Below, piece by piece: positions 18,959 through 28,483 of a stretch of 64,000 bases of DNA. The notes under the pieces were generated by a model. It was not told the DNA's origin, searched no databases, and worked only from the letters and a program-made list of their open reading frames with translations. The position numbers and the translations under genes were made by a program. Position 1 is the first letter of the stretch. The number at the start of each line of letters is the position of its first letter. Source of the stretch: Oscillospiraceae bacterium (GTDB taxonomy: Bacteria > Bacillota > Clostridia > Oscillospirales > Oscillospiraceae); assembly GCA_016295225.1 (NCBI GenBank), contig JAEDLP010000001.1, positions 10,605-74,604 of the forward strand, read 5' to 3'.

Positions 18959-19615
18959 GTGATTCGAGGCGCAATTTTTGACGCAGACGGCACCTTGCTG
19001 GACTCTATGGGAATGTGGGATACGGTAGGTGCGCGGTATTTGGCTTCCCTGGGCGTCGCTGCCCGGCCCGGGCTGCGGGCCATTCTCTTTCCCATGACGC
19101 TGGCGGAGAGCGCCGTCTACCTGAAGGAGGCCTATGGGCTTACCCAGACCCATCAGGAGATTGCTGACGGCATCAACCATACCATTCGTGATTTTTACCG
19201 GCAGGAGGTGCGGGCAAAACCCGGTGCCAGGGAATTTCTAAAGGCCCTCCGGGCTCGGGGCGTGGGGATCACCCTGGCCACCAATACAGATCGATCCCTG
19301 ATCGTGGAGGGCTTGGTCACCGCCGATCTGCTGCCCCTGATGGACGAGATCTACACCTGCGGAGAGCTGGGGGTCGGGAAGGACCGGCCGGATATCTTCC
19401 ACCGGGCCAGGGACCGGATGGGAACCCGGACGGAGGAGACCTGGGTCTTTGAGGATGCGGTTCACTGTGCCAGGACCGCCTTCCTGGCAGGGTATCATGT
19501 GGCTGGCGTTGCCGATCCCTACAGCGACCAGGAGGAATTGAAGAAATTCAGTCACCTGTATCTGCCCGATCTGACGGACTTTGACGCCTTTTATCAAAAA
19601 GCCATAGAGCTGTGA
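18959..19615 (+). CDS. HAD-family phosphatase
   Basis: IFDADGTLLDS (DxD), ATN, K.PDIF, VFED motifs. Confidence 0.92.
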   Translation: MIRGAIFDADGTLLDSMGMWDTVGARYLASLGVAARPGLRAILFPMTLAESAVYLKEAYGLTQTHQEIADGINHTIRDFYRQEVRAKPGAREFLKALRARGVGITLATNTDRSLIVEGLVTADLLPLMDEIYTCGELGVGKDRPDIFHRARDRMGTRTEETWVFEDAVHCARTAFLAGYHVAGVADPYSDQEELKKFSHLYLPDLTDFDAFYQKAIEL

Positions 19616-19616
19616 C

Positions 19617-19654
19617 AAAAACATCCCGCTTGCCTGGAGCAAGCGGGATGTTTT
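19617..19654. terminator. Bidirectional terminator
   Basis: AAAACATCCCGCTTGC/GCAAGCGGGATGTTTT. Confidence 0.88.
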
Positions 19655-19657
19655 GAC

Positions 19658-21019
19658 TCACTTTTTGGGAACGAAGTGGATGTTCAGGTCCACATTGCCG
19701 TCGATTCCGGGAACATTGCCGGAGTCGCCGTACTGCCAGATATCAAAATGGTAGTAGAAGGAGGGACGAGAATTGTACTGGGCCAGCCAGAAGGGATAGT
19801 TAATCAACTCGTTTAAATCAAAGTGGAGGTAGAAGTAGGTCAGGTTTGAGTAGACCATGGACTGATAGCCTGCGTCCTCCACTTCATCGCAGAAAGCTAC
19901 GGCACACTGGGTCAGGATTTTGTCGTCCAGGCCCTCCGTCCGGGCGCCGTAGCTGCTGTCATAGGGCTCCCAGTCAAAGACGATAGGATAGGTGATGGAA
20001 TAGCCTTCCAGCGCATTCAGACAGAACTGGGCTTCTTCCGCGCCCTCCTCGGGGCTGATGGCCTGGGAGAAGAAGTAAACGCCCACTTCGATGTCGTTGG
20101 CCAGGGCGCCCTGGAGGTTTTGATAGAAATAAGGATCCAGCACGATTCGGCCCGTGCTGTAGCCCCGGTAACCCAGACGGAGCATGGCGAAGTCCACCCC
20201 GGCGCTCTTGACGTCGGCCCAGTCGATGCTACCCTGATAGCGGGAGACATCGATGCCGATCTTGCAGGCGTACTCATCGCTGTCGTAGGTGAGGAAGCCA
20301 TTCTCATTCACCTGGAAGAGATTGTTGTCATAGGTATTCTTGGGAATCTCCTCCACGATATAGACCTTCTTGCCGTGGAAGTAGAAGTAGTCGCCATCCG
20401 GCTCTTCAGGGGTTTCAGGTTCTTCGGGCTTTTCCGGCATGGATTCCACCAGTTGATAGGTCCGCAGAATGACGGCGCTGATCTCCGCCCGGGTGATGCT
20501 GGACTGGGGATGGAACATCAGCTTGTTTCCCTCGGGTGCGCCGTTGAAAATGCCGTGATCGTAGAGGATCAGAGCGGCGGAATCTGTGGTGTCCGAGAAG
20601 GGATTCCCGGAGCCGGTGCGCTTCAGATCCAGGACCCGCACGATGATTTGTGCAATCTGCAGGCGGGTGATGGGCTGATCTAACGTCAGGGTCATGCCCG
20701 AGGGCAGGAAATTATTCTTGGCGGCCAGACGGTAATACCCGCTGGCCCAGTGAGTGGTGGTGGGGGCCTGTTCCTCATAACCGGCGGCCAGCAGGATCAT
20801 TTTTAGGGCTTGTCCCAAGGTTACCGTTCCCTTGGGGGAGAAGGTGGTAGTGGTGGTACCGTTGATGATGCCGGACTCATACAGGCTCTTCACGCTGTCA
20901 TAGTACCAGTCGGAGGATTTTACATCGGTGAAGTTCATGGTTTTCGCGGCGGAAGCGGGAACAGCCAGAGAAAAGGCCAGGGTACACAGCAAAAGAAGGG
21001 AAATGACTTTCTGTTTCAT
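19658..21019 (-). CDS. Secreted SLH-domain GH25 muramidase
   Basis: Signal peptide; SLH repeats (FTDV..SDWYY, ITRLQ, ITRAE); GH25 GIDVSRYQG, VFDWE, WQYGDSG.VPGI.GNVDLN. Confidence 0.9.
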   Translation of the reverse strand: MKQKVISLLLLCTLAFSLAVPASAAKTMNFTDVKSSDWYYDSVKSLYESGIINGTTTTTFSPKGTVTLGQALKMILLAAGYEEQAPTTTHWASGYYRLAAKNNFLPSGMTLTLDQPITRLQIAQIIVRVLDLKRTGSGNPFSDTTDSAALILYDHGIFNGAPEGNKLMFHPQSSITRAEISAVILRTYQLVESMPEKPEEPETPEEPDGDYFYFHGKKVYIVEEIPKNTYDNNLFQVNENGFLTYDSDEYACKIGIDVSRYQGSIDWADVKSAGVDFAMLRLGYRGYSTGRIVLDPYFYQNLQGALANDIEVGVYFFSQAISPEEGAEEAQFCLNALEGYSITYPIVFDWEPYDSSYGARTEGLDDKILTQCAVAFCDEVEDAGYQSMVYSNLTYFYLHFDLNELINYPFWLAQYNSRPSFYYHFDIWQYGDSGNVPGIDGNVDLNIHFVPKK

Positions 21020-21036
21020 AGAATACCTCAATAGAA

Positions 21037-21582
21037 TCAAAAGCGATGGGGGAATAGTTTGGGGCGAAGCCGGTAGACGTACAGGTCGGTCATGCGGGCC
21101 AGCATCAGGTCGTACAGCAGGAAGGTGACGTTGCCCAGCACGAGCATGCCGGACAGCAGGAGACCGGTCCAGTGGGCGGCCTCGGCCTGGAGATCTGGCA
21201 TAGTGAGGACAAAGAGCAGGAGAGCGTACACCAGGCAGATGGCCAGGTTAAAGATTGACAGCTTGACCACCACCCGGACGGGTTTCTTCGTCAGGTGCTG
21301 GAGTTTGGGCCGCAGGATGGGATACCAGCCCAGCAGGAACAGGAAGAGGAAGGCGGCCTCCTTATCCGGGGACATAAACAGGCTGAGGATGGAAACGGCC
21401 AGATAGAGGAGGCAGCCGGGTTTCGCCCCCAGCTCCCAGATTACCGGAATGGAGATCGCGCCGGCCAGCGCCGGGCAGGCATAGGTGGACAGAGGAATCA
21501 TGGTGCCGAAGAGCATGACCACGAGCATCAGGGCGGCCAGGACGCCGCAGAGAGCGACTCGTCCGCTGGTTTTGTTGAGCAT
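21037..21582 (-). CDS. Hypothetical membrane protein
   Basis: Five to six TM segments; AGGTG RBS. Confidence 0.75.
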   Translation of the reverse strand: MLNKTSGRVALCGVLAALMLVVMLFGTMIPLSTYACPALAGAISIPVIWELGAKPGCLLYLAVSILSLFMSPDKEAAFLFLFLLGWYPILRPKLQHLTKKPVRVVVKLSIFNLAICLVYALLLFVLTMPDLQAEAAHWTGLLLSGMLVLGNVTFLLYDLMLARMTDLYVYRLRPKLFPHRF

Positions 21583-21609
21583 GAAAGGGATTCACCTCCG
21601 TGGAAAGGA

Positions 21610-22971
21610 TCATGGGTTGGGTTCGTCGGAATTTTCTTCCTTTTCATCTGGGGGCATGATGATACCGCTGTCCTTGGTGTGCTGCTTGGGGATGGGGTGC
21701 TCAAACCACTGCTTCAACTGGGACAGGTAGCTGTCTTTTCCTTTGAACAGAGGATAGAACTGAATGAGCTTGGGTTCGTCGGTATGGATGGAACCGTCCT
21801 CGTTGAGTCCCGCCGCGTGGATATACTCGTTGGTGGACTCCGGGAGGTTTTTCTTTCGCAGGCGGGAATTGATAAATTCCCGCAACAGATAATAGAAAGA
21901 AGCGAAGAGGGGGACCCCCAGGAGCATCCCCCAAAAGCCCATCAGGTGGTTGAAGAGGAGCAGGGAGAAGAGGACCCAAAAGGCAGACAGCCCTGTAGAG
22001 TCGCCTAAAACCTTGGGGCCGATAATGTTGCCGTCCACCTGCTGGAGGATGATGATGAAGATGATAAAGACCAGGCACTTGCCCGGGTCAGTCAGCAGAA
22101 GGAGGAGGGCGCTGGGGATGGCGCCGAAGAAAGGGCCGAAGACGGGGATAATGTTGGTGATGCCCACAATGACGCTGATGAGCATGGGGTAGGGGACATT
22201 GAGGATGGATAGAACCACGCCGCAGAGGATGCCCATGATGAGGGAGTCCAGCAACTTACCGGAGACGAAGCCACTGAAAATTTTGTTGATGACCCGCAGG
22301 TGCTTGAGGATGGTGTCGCAGGTGCTCTGCTTGCGGCAGAGGGCGAAGAGTAGCTTTTTTCCCTGACCTACGAACTGGTCCCGGCTCATGAGGACATAGA
22401 CCATGACGATGATGCCGATGATGAAGTTCAGCAGACTCTTGGCAACGTCCACCACCCGGCCCAGGAGGCTCATCAGGTTGGCGATGAGGTCCCCGCCCAC
22501 CCAGGCGTTGAAGGCGTTGGTGATCTTGGTGGCGATGTCGTTGAGAAACTCTGTGGACTGCCCGTGGGATTGCAGGAACCCTGTGAGCTGATTGAAGGCG
22601 TTGCGGATCATCCAGGGCAGATCCTGGACCAGGATGGGCAGGTTTTCCAGGAGCTGGGGGATGACGAAGTAGATAAAGAGGAAGATCAGCAGCAGCAGGA
22701 CGAAGGTGGAGAAGGCGGTGGAGAGCCCCCGGGCGGCCCGTTTCTTTACCTTATGATAGAGCAGGAAGTGCTCGGTGAACCGGGTGAGTGGGTAGAGCAG
22801 GTAGGCCATAACAAAGCCCAGCACGATGGAGCGCAGGGCGGTCAGGGCATCCCGGAAGCCCGAGATGACCACTTTCAGGTTCATCAGGAGCAAGCACACC
22901 AGGCCGATGGAGATGATGGCCAGCAGGATAACGCCGATGGCCGTGAGGATTTTTTTGATGGAGAATCGCAA
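21610..22971 (-). CDS. AI-2E family (PerM/UPF0118) transporter
   Basis: TNIIPVFGPFFG, QQVDGNIIGPKVLG, GFWGMLLGVP; TTG start after AAGGAGG. Confidence 0.92.
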   Translation of the reverse strand: MRFSIKKILTAIGVILLAIISIGLVCLLLMNLKVVISGFRDALTALRSIVLGFVMAYLLYPLTRFTEHFLLYHKVKKRAARGLSTAFSTFVLLLLIFLFIYFVIPQLLENLPILVQDLPWMIRNAFNQLTGFLQSHGQSTEFLNDIATKITNAFNAWVGGDLIANLMSLLGRVVDVAKSLLNFIIGIIVMVYVLMSRDQFVGQGKKLLFALCRKQSTCDTILKHLRVINKIFSGFVSGKLLDSLIMGILCGVVLSILNVPYPMLISVIVGITNIIPVFGPFFGAIPSALLLLLTDPGKCLVFIIFIIILQQVDGNIIGPKVLGDSTGLSAFWVLFSLLLFNHLMGFWGMLLGVPLFASFYYLLREFINSRLRKKNLPESTNEYIHAAGLNEDGSIHTDEPKLIQFYPLFKGKDSYLSQLKQWFEHPIPKQHTKDSGIIMPPDEKEENSDEPNP

Positions 22972-23265
22972 GTTCCGCCCTCCTTTCAAGGGTAGGCGCT
23001 GCCGGGGAGACCGGCAGGACAGAAAGGGATGGAAGGACAGGAAAAACCTGCCGTATTTTCATAGTATAACAAAGGTGGCGGGCGCTTGCAAGAGACAGGA
23101 AGGAAGTGGTAAAAATTTACCGACCTAAAGGACTAAAAGGGAGGAATTCGGTGGACAAAAAAATAACAGTTGCCCAGTAAAAATACATATGATATAATAT
23201 AAAAAATATAAAATAATGAAAGAAACGAAGATTATATATGCGCAGAGGAAGGGAGGAAGCGGAGT

Positions 23266-23697
23266 TTGAATTACCCAATGATTTGGCTGGTGCTGCTGAT
23301 TGCCTTTGCCGGGATCGAGGGCATCACCGCAGGCTTGGTGTCCATTTGGTTCTGTGCGGGCAGTCTGGTGGCCCTCTTTGCCGCCTGGATGGGAAGCAGC
23401 CTGGCTGTGCAGATCGGCCTGTTTGCCATTGTTTCGGTGATTGCCATGGCGGTCATCCGGCCCATGGCCCGGCGATGGGTCGAACCCAAGGCGGAGAAAA
23501 CCAATGCCGACCGGATTCTGGAGGCGGAGGCCTTGGTCACGGAGACCATTGATAACGTCCAGGCATCTGGACAGATCAAAGTCGGCGGGTCGATCTGGAC
23601 TGCCCGCTCGGCCAACGGGGACGTGATTCCTGAGGGAACCCTGGTCCAGGTGGAACGGATAGAAGGAGTCAAAGCCATCGTGGCCGTGCGGCAGTGA
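23266..23697 (+). CDS. NfeD family protein
   Basis: Hydrophobic N-terminus, OB-fold GQIKVGGSIWTA; precedes SPFH gene. Confidence 0.9.
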   Translation: MNYPMIWLVLLIAFAGIEGITAGLVSIWFCAGSLVALFAAWMGSSLAVQIGLFAIVSVIAMAVIRPMARRWVEPKAEKTNADRILEAEALVTETIDNVQASGQIKVGGSIWTARSANGDVIPEGTLVQVERIEGVKAIVAVRQ

Positions 23698-23727
23698 TCC
23701 CGCCGGAGAAAGGAAAAGGTAAGGACT

Positions 23728-24675
23728 ATGGCAGCCATTTTGTCGCGAATTGTTGTTGTTCTGTTTATCATCGTTGTGCTTGTGGTGCTGGCCACCTCCA
23801 TTCGGGTGGTGCAGCAGTCCAAGGCCTATGTCATTGAGCGCCTGGGCGCCTTCCAGGACGTGTGGGGTGTGGGTCTCCACTTCAAGATCCCCTTCCTGGA
23901 CCGGGTCCGCAAGGTGGTCTCCCTGAAAGAGCAGGTGGCGGATTTCCCGCCTCAGCCCGTGATCACCAAGGACAACGTGACCATGCAGATCGATACCGTT
24001 CTGTATTTCCAGATCACCGACCCCAAGCTGTACGCCTACGGCGTGGAAAACCCCATGAACGCCATTGAAAACCTCACCGCCACCACCCTGCGTAATATCA
24101 TCGGCGAGCTGGAGCTGGACCAGTCCCTGACCTCCCGCGACGTGATCAACGCTCGTATGCGCAGCATCCTGGACGAGGCCACCGATCCCTGGGGCATCAA
24201 GGTCAACCGCGTGGAGTTGAAGAACATTCTGCCGCCCAAAGACATCCAGAACGCCATGGAGAAGCAGATGCGAGCCGAGCGGGAACGCCGGGAATCCATC
24301 CTCCAGGCCGAGGGCCAGAAGCAGAGCCAGATCCTGGTGGCAGAGGGCGAGAAGGAATCCCGCATCCTCCGGGCAGACGCTGAGAAGCAGGCCCGGATCA
24401 TGGCCGCTGAGGCCGAGGCCGAAGCCATCCTCAAAGTCAACCAGGCTATGGCCGACTCCCTGAAGCTGCTGAACGAGGCATCCCCCAACGACCAGGTCAT
24501 CAAGCTCAAGGCTCTGGAGGCATTCCAGTCCGCTGCCAACGGCAAGGCCACCAAGATCATCATCCCCTCCGAGATCCAGGGCCTGGCCGGGTTGGCCGCC
24601 GGTGTGGTGGAGACCGTTAAGAAGCCCGAGACGGGCAAGGCCCCCGTTCCCCCCGTCACGCCACCCAAGGCATGA
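23728..24675 (+). CDS. SPFH/stomatin (band 7) protein
   Basis: VIERLG, VITKDNV, WGIKVNRVE, QMRAERERR. Confidence 0.95.
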   Translation: MAAILSRIVVVLFIIVVLVVLATSIRVVQQSKAYVIERLGAFQDVWGVGLHFKIPFLDRVRKVVSLKEQVADFPPQPVITKDNVTMQIDTVLYFQITDPKLYAYGVENPMNAIENLTATTLRNIIGELELDQSLTSRDVINARMRSILDEATDPWGIKVNRVELKNILPPKDIQNAMEKQMRAERERRESILQAEGQKQSQILVAEGEKESRILRADAEKQARIMAAEAEAEAILKVNQAMADSLKLLNEASPNDQVIKLKALEAFQSAANGKATKIIIPSEIQGLAGLAAGVVETVKKPETGKAPVPPVTPPKA

Positions 24676-24705
24676 GAAATGATAGAAGCCAAGGGAACAA
24701 TTCAC

Positions 24706-24761
24706 CCGATAAACACCGATAAACACACCCCCGGCCGATTGGCCGGGGGTGTGTTTATCGG
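24706..24761. repeat. 21-bp perfect inverted repeat preceded by a 10-bp direct duplication
   Basis: CCGATAAACA twice, then CCGATAAACACACCCCCGGCC-gatt-GGCCGGGGGTGTGTTTATCGG. Confidence 0.85.
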
Positions 24762-25729
24762 GAGGCACGTTTTTGCTGTCGCGCGAATATCGTTCCTGGC
24801 AGCACGATCCGGCCTGCCAGGGGCATGGATGTCACCGTAATTTTCTCGGCCGGGCGGCATTCGCCGTCCACGGTGATGATGATGGGGGCGTTTTTGCTGT
24901 CCGCCAGCTCCAGCTTTACGGACTTGCAGCGGAAAAGGGAAATGACATCCCCGAGTTTGGGGATGACTGTGCCGTTCTGGATATGCCGCCCCTTCTGATA
25001 CAGGGGCAGAACCTTGGCAATGCGCAGGAGACCGATTTTGCGCACCATGATCACGTCCAGCAGACCGTCGTCCATGGCGCAGTCGGGAGCCGCCCGGAAT
25101 CCGCCGCCGTAATAGCCGCCGTTGCAGATGGCGGTCATCAGGCACTCTTCCGTGATGGTTCTGTCATCCAGGGTGATCCGCAGCGTTCGGCCCAGGGGCC
25201 TCATCAGGTTTTGCAGGATGGACAGACGGTAGGCGGTTTCCCCGCCGCACAGGGGCAGCCGGCGAAACTTGGGGATTCCATAGGCGATTTGGGCGTCCAG
25301 GCCGGCGGAGCAGATAGACGCACCGACCCCGTATTCTGTGTGGAACAGGTCGATATCCATTTCCTGGCCCTGAAGCTGGTCGGCAAGATCCAGGAACTCT
25401 TCTTTGGTCCCGAAGTTGCGTAGGAAATCGTTGCCGCTGCCGCAGGGGATACAGCCCACGGCGGCGTTTTTATAGGGGTAAGCGCCGCTCAGCACTTCGT
25501 TCAGGGTGCCATCGCCGCCTACAGCGAACAGGCGCACGTGTTCGCCGGTGCGGGCATAAGATTCGGCCAGTTCCTTGGCGTGACCGGCGTGGGTGGTGCG
25601 GGTGATGACGTAATCCTCGCGGGGAACGCCAGCTTTTTGGGCTGCGATGGACAGGGTACGGCCCAGTTCGTCGCTGACGTCCCGGCCACCTGCCACAGGG
25701 TTCACGATAAAAATGTTTTTCATCCACAT
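24755..25729 (-). CDS. Diacylglycerol kinase family lipid kinase (YegS/DagK-like)
   Basis: IVNPVAG, GGDGTLNEV, PCGSGNDF, NGGYYGGG, VDGE. Confidence 0.92.
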   Translation of the reverse strand: MWMKNIFIVNPVAGGRDVSDELGRTLSIAAQKAGVPREDYVITRTTHAGHAKELAESYARTGEHVRLFAVGGDGTLNEVLSGAYPYKNAAVGCIPCGSGNDFLRNFGTKEEFLDLADQLQGQEMDIDLFHTEYGVGASICSAGLDAQIAYGIPKFRRLPLCGGETAYRLSILQNLMRPLGRTLRITLDDRTITEECLMTAICNGGYYGGGFRAAPDCAMDDGLLDVIMVRKIGLLRIAKVLPLYQKGRHIQNGTVIPKLGDVISLFRCKSVKLELADSKNAPIIITVDGECRPAEKITVTSMPLAGRIVLPGTIFARQQKRASR

Positions 25730-25830
25730 CTCTCCGTTGGTGGGGCTTGGGAGAAGCCCGGCGATCTCTCATCTTCTTTCTATCCCCTATCATACCGTAT
25801 CCTAGGCCTGTACGCAAGAGAAAGGGAGAC

Positions 25831-25877
25831 AAACGCCAACCCCCCCGCCAGAATTTCCGGCGGGGGGGTTGGCGTAA
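25831..25877 (-). terminator. Terminator downstream of ferritin
   Basis: ACGCCAACCCCCCCGCC/GGCGGGGGGGTTGGCGT stem. Confidence 0.8.
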
Positions 25878-25894
25878 AGCCTTGAAAGGAAAAA

Positions 25895-26407
25895 TTATAA
25901 GACCAGGCTGGGGGCGCTGTAGGTTCGAGCGGCCATTTCAGCGTCCAGGGCGTACAGGCTCTTGGGCTCAGAGCCGAAGAGATCGAAACGGCCCAGCAGA
26001 TCGTTGGCGTTCTTCTCCTCCTCGCCCTGCTCCTTCACGAACCAGTCCAAGAACTGGAGGGTGCGGAAGTCGTTGGCCTTCATGGCTTCGGCGTAGATGG
26101 CGTTGATGAGGGAGGTCACATACTCCTCGTGCTCCAGAGCGGCAGCCAGGGGATCGCGGAAGTTGGCAAAGACCTTATCGGGGGCGTCGATGGCAGTCAG
26201 CTTGGGGGCCTCGCCGTTGTTCTGCAGGTAGGTCAGGAACAGCATGGCGTGGTCACGCTCTTCCTGGGCCTGGATCTTGAACCAGTTGCCGAATCCGTCC
26301 AGATTCTTGGAATAGTAGTAATTGGAGATATCCAGATAGAGGTAGGCAGAGTAAAGCTCTTTATTGATCTGCTGCTCCAGCAGAGCGGAAACTTCAGGCT
26401 TCAACAT
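25895..26407 (-). CDS. ftnA: Non-heme ferritin
   Basis: QINKELYSAYLY, QAQEERDHA, LEHEEYVT, FLDWFVKEQGEEE. Confidence 0.95.
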   Translation of the reverse strand: MLKPEVSALLEQQINKELYSAYLYLDISNYYYSKNLDGFGNWFKIQAQEERDHAMLFLTYLQNNGEAPKLTAIDAPDKVFANFRDPLAAALEHEEYVTSLINAIYAEAMKANDFRTLQFLDWFVKEQGEEEKNANDLLGRFDLFGSEPKSLYALDAEMAARTYSAPSLVL

Positions 26408-26451
26408 GATGAAAGACCCCTTTCTTTATTCTGAGTTGATAGTGTAGTTTT

Positions 26452-26494
26452 ACTATACCATTGAAAAACGGGGGTTTCAGTGATTTTGTCACAG
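26452..26494 (-). promoter_or_regulatory. Ferritin promoter with putative Crp/Fnr-family site
   Basis: Minus strand CTGTGAC-aaa-ATCACTG quasi-palindrome upstream of extended -10 TGGTATAGT. Confidence 0.5.
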
Positions 26495-26605
26495 TACTTT
26501 GGTTTTATTCAAAAGAAAGCGTATTTGCTCCGGTTCCGCTGGCGCTTCTCTTGACGAAGGGGAGATCCTGTGACAGAATAGAAAAAAAGCTTGGAGGGTT
26601 CCGCC

Positions 26606-27355
26606 ATGAAGAAAGAGTTTCTGGAAAGCAAACACGGATACGCCATCCCTTGTCACAACTGCTGGGATGGACAGGATCGCGTACTCATCGTCTGCCACGG
26701 GTTTGGCAGCAGCAAGAGCAGCCCTATGGTCCAGGCTTTGAATCAGGAAATGCCCAGGCACGGCATTGGGGTCTACAGCTTTGATTTTCCCTCCCACGGG
26801 GACAGCCCTGTGTGGCAGGAGGGCCTTCGGGTTCCCTTCTGTCTGGATGATCTGGCCGCAGTGGAAGACCACATTCGGGACATGGCCCCCAACGCGCGGA
26901 TCGGTTACTTTGGGTCCAGCTTTGGGGCTTATATCACGCTGCTGCACCTGTCTCGCGGGAAGGCGGCAGGGAAGTGGGCCTTTTTGCGTTCGGCGGCGGT
27001 CTCCATGCCCCGGCTGGTGGATACCTGGGTGGATGACCGGGCCAGAGCAGACCTGGACCGCCAGGGGTACTTTGTCCCCGTGTATGACTATGTCCGGGAG
27101 ATGCGCATCACCCGGGATTTCCTGGGGGATTTGGAGGCGTATGACGTCTTTGCACGCTATCAGACGGGCTTAGCGCAGCTGTTCATGGTTCATGGCGGAA
27201 AGGACGATGTGGCGCCCACGGCGGATGCGGTACGCTTTGCCCGGCAGTTCGGCGCGGAGCTTCTGGTGCTCCCCAACGGGGAACATAACCTGATGGGGGA
27301 AGGAGAGCTGGAGCAGGTGCTGGAACATGCGGCGGCGTTCTTTCGGGAAATGTGA
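26606..27355 (+). CDS. Alpha/beta hydrolase
   Basis: HGFGS, GSSFG nucleophile elbow, HGGKDD, GEH. Confidence 0.9.
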   Translation: MKKEFLESKHGYAIPCHNCWDGQDRVLIVCHGFGSSKSSPMVQALNQEMPRHGIGVYSFDFPSHGDSPVWQEGLRVPFCLDDLAAVEDHIRDMAPNARIGYFGSSFGAYITLLHLSRGKAAGKWAFLRSAAVSMPRLVDTWVDDRARADLDRQGYFVPVYDYVREMRITRDFLGDLEAYDVFARYQTGLAQLFMVHGGKDDVAPTADAVRFARQFGAELLVLPNGEHNLMGEGELEQVLEHAAAFFREM

Positions 27356-27456
27356 CTATTGAAATCAGAGGCATTTCTTAGTATAATTAAGTAAACACCG
27401 AACACCTAAATTGCGTCTCTGGTTTGAGTTGCGGTAAGAAAGGAATTTAACGACTG

Positions 27457-28305
27457 ATGAGTAAGCCTGTCTATATTACTGCCGACAGTACCTGCGACCT
27501 GCCTCGGGAACTGTTGGAGCGGTTCAACATTAAGGTGGCCCCTCTCCATGTGCTCCTGGGGGAGGAGAGCTATCTGGATGGCGTTGATTTTACTCCTGAT
27601 ATGATTTTCGAGCGGTACAAGACGGACAAGATCCTGCCTCGAACGGCAGCCGTGAGCCCCCAAGAGTTTGAGGATTTCTTTGGCCCCCTGGTGGAGGCCG
27701 GCTATGAGGTGGTCCATCTGGATATCAGCTCGGAACTGTCGGCCACCTATCAGAACGCTGTCATTGCATCTCAGGAGATTCCTGGCGTGTATCCCATCGA
27801 TACCCGGCATTTGTCCGGGAGCATCAGCCTGCTGCTGGTGGAAGCCTGCCGTCTGCGGGACGAGGGAAAGAGCGCGGCAGAGATTGCCCGGGCCGTCACG
27901 GATCTGATTCCCAAGGTCCGGACCAGTTTTGTGATCGACACCCTGGAATACTTGTGGAAGGGCGGCCGCTGCACCGGCGTTGCAGCCTTTGGCGCAAACC
28001 TGCTCAACCTGAAGCCCTGCATTGAAATGCGGGACGGCAAGCTGGAAGTGGGCAAGAAATATCGGGGCAATATTTTTAAAGTTTATGAGAAATACATCGC
28101 AGAACGCCTGTCCGATCGAGCTGTTCGCTCGGATTGTGTGTTCATCGTCTCTTCCAATGAACTGCCTCAGGATGTGGCGGAAAAGCTGGAAAAGCTGGTC
28201 CGCAGTATGATCGAGGTGAAGGAAGTCTTTTTTGTCCGGGCAGGCAGCACCATCAGCGCCCACTGCGGCCCGGGTACCTTGGGTATCCTGTTTATGGAGG
28301 AATGA
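27457..28305 (+). CDS. DegV family fatty-acid-binding protein
   Basis: DSTCDL, ISSELSATY, LEYLWKGGR, HCGPGTLG. Confidence 0.95.
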   Translation: MSKPVYITADSTCDLPRELLERFNIKVAPLHVLLGEESYLDGVDFTPDMIFERYKTDKILPRTAAVSPQEFEDFFGPLVEAGYEVVHLDISSELSATYQNAVIASQEIPGVYPIDTRHLSGSISLLLVEACRLRDEGKSAAEIARAVTDLIPKVRTSFVIDTLEYLWKGGRCTGVAAFGANLLNLKPCIEMRDGKLEVGKKYRGNIFKVYEKYIAERLSDRAVRSDCVFIVSSNELPQDVAEKLEKLVRSMIEVKEVFFVRAGSTISAHCGPGTLGILFMEE

Positions 28306-28483
28306 TACGGCCTTTTTTCAAGTGAACTCTGGTTTTGACACTGCGGCAGGATCTGCCGCAGTGTCTGCTTTGTTACAGAATTGTTAATCTTTTGATGATT
28401 TCTTGAAACAAAGGACAAACTATGCTATACTGTCCATAGTAGTGAGAGTATGTTGAGCAACCAGAAACTACGAGGTGATACCC

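Noticed and set aside
19658..21019. GH25 lysozyme as a phage endolysin
   Set aside because: Has a Sec signal and SLH anchors; no holin or phage genes nearby.
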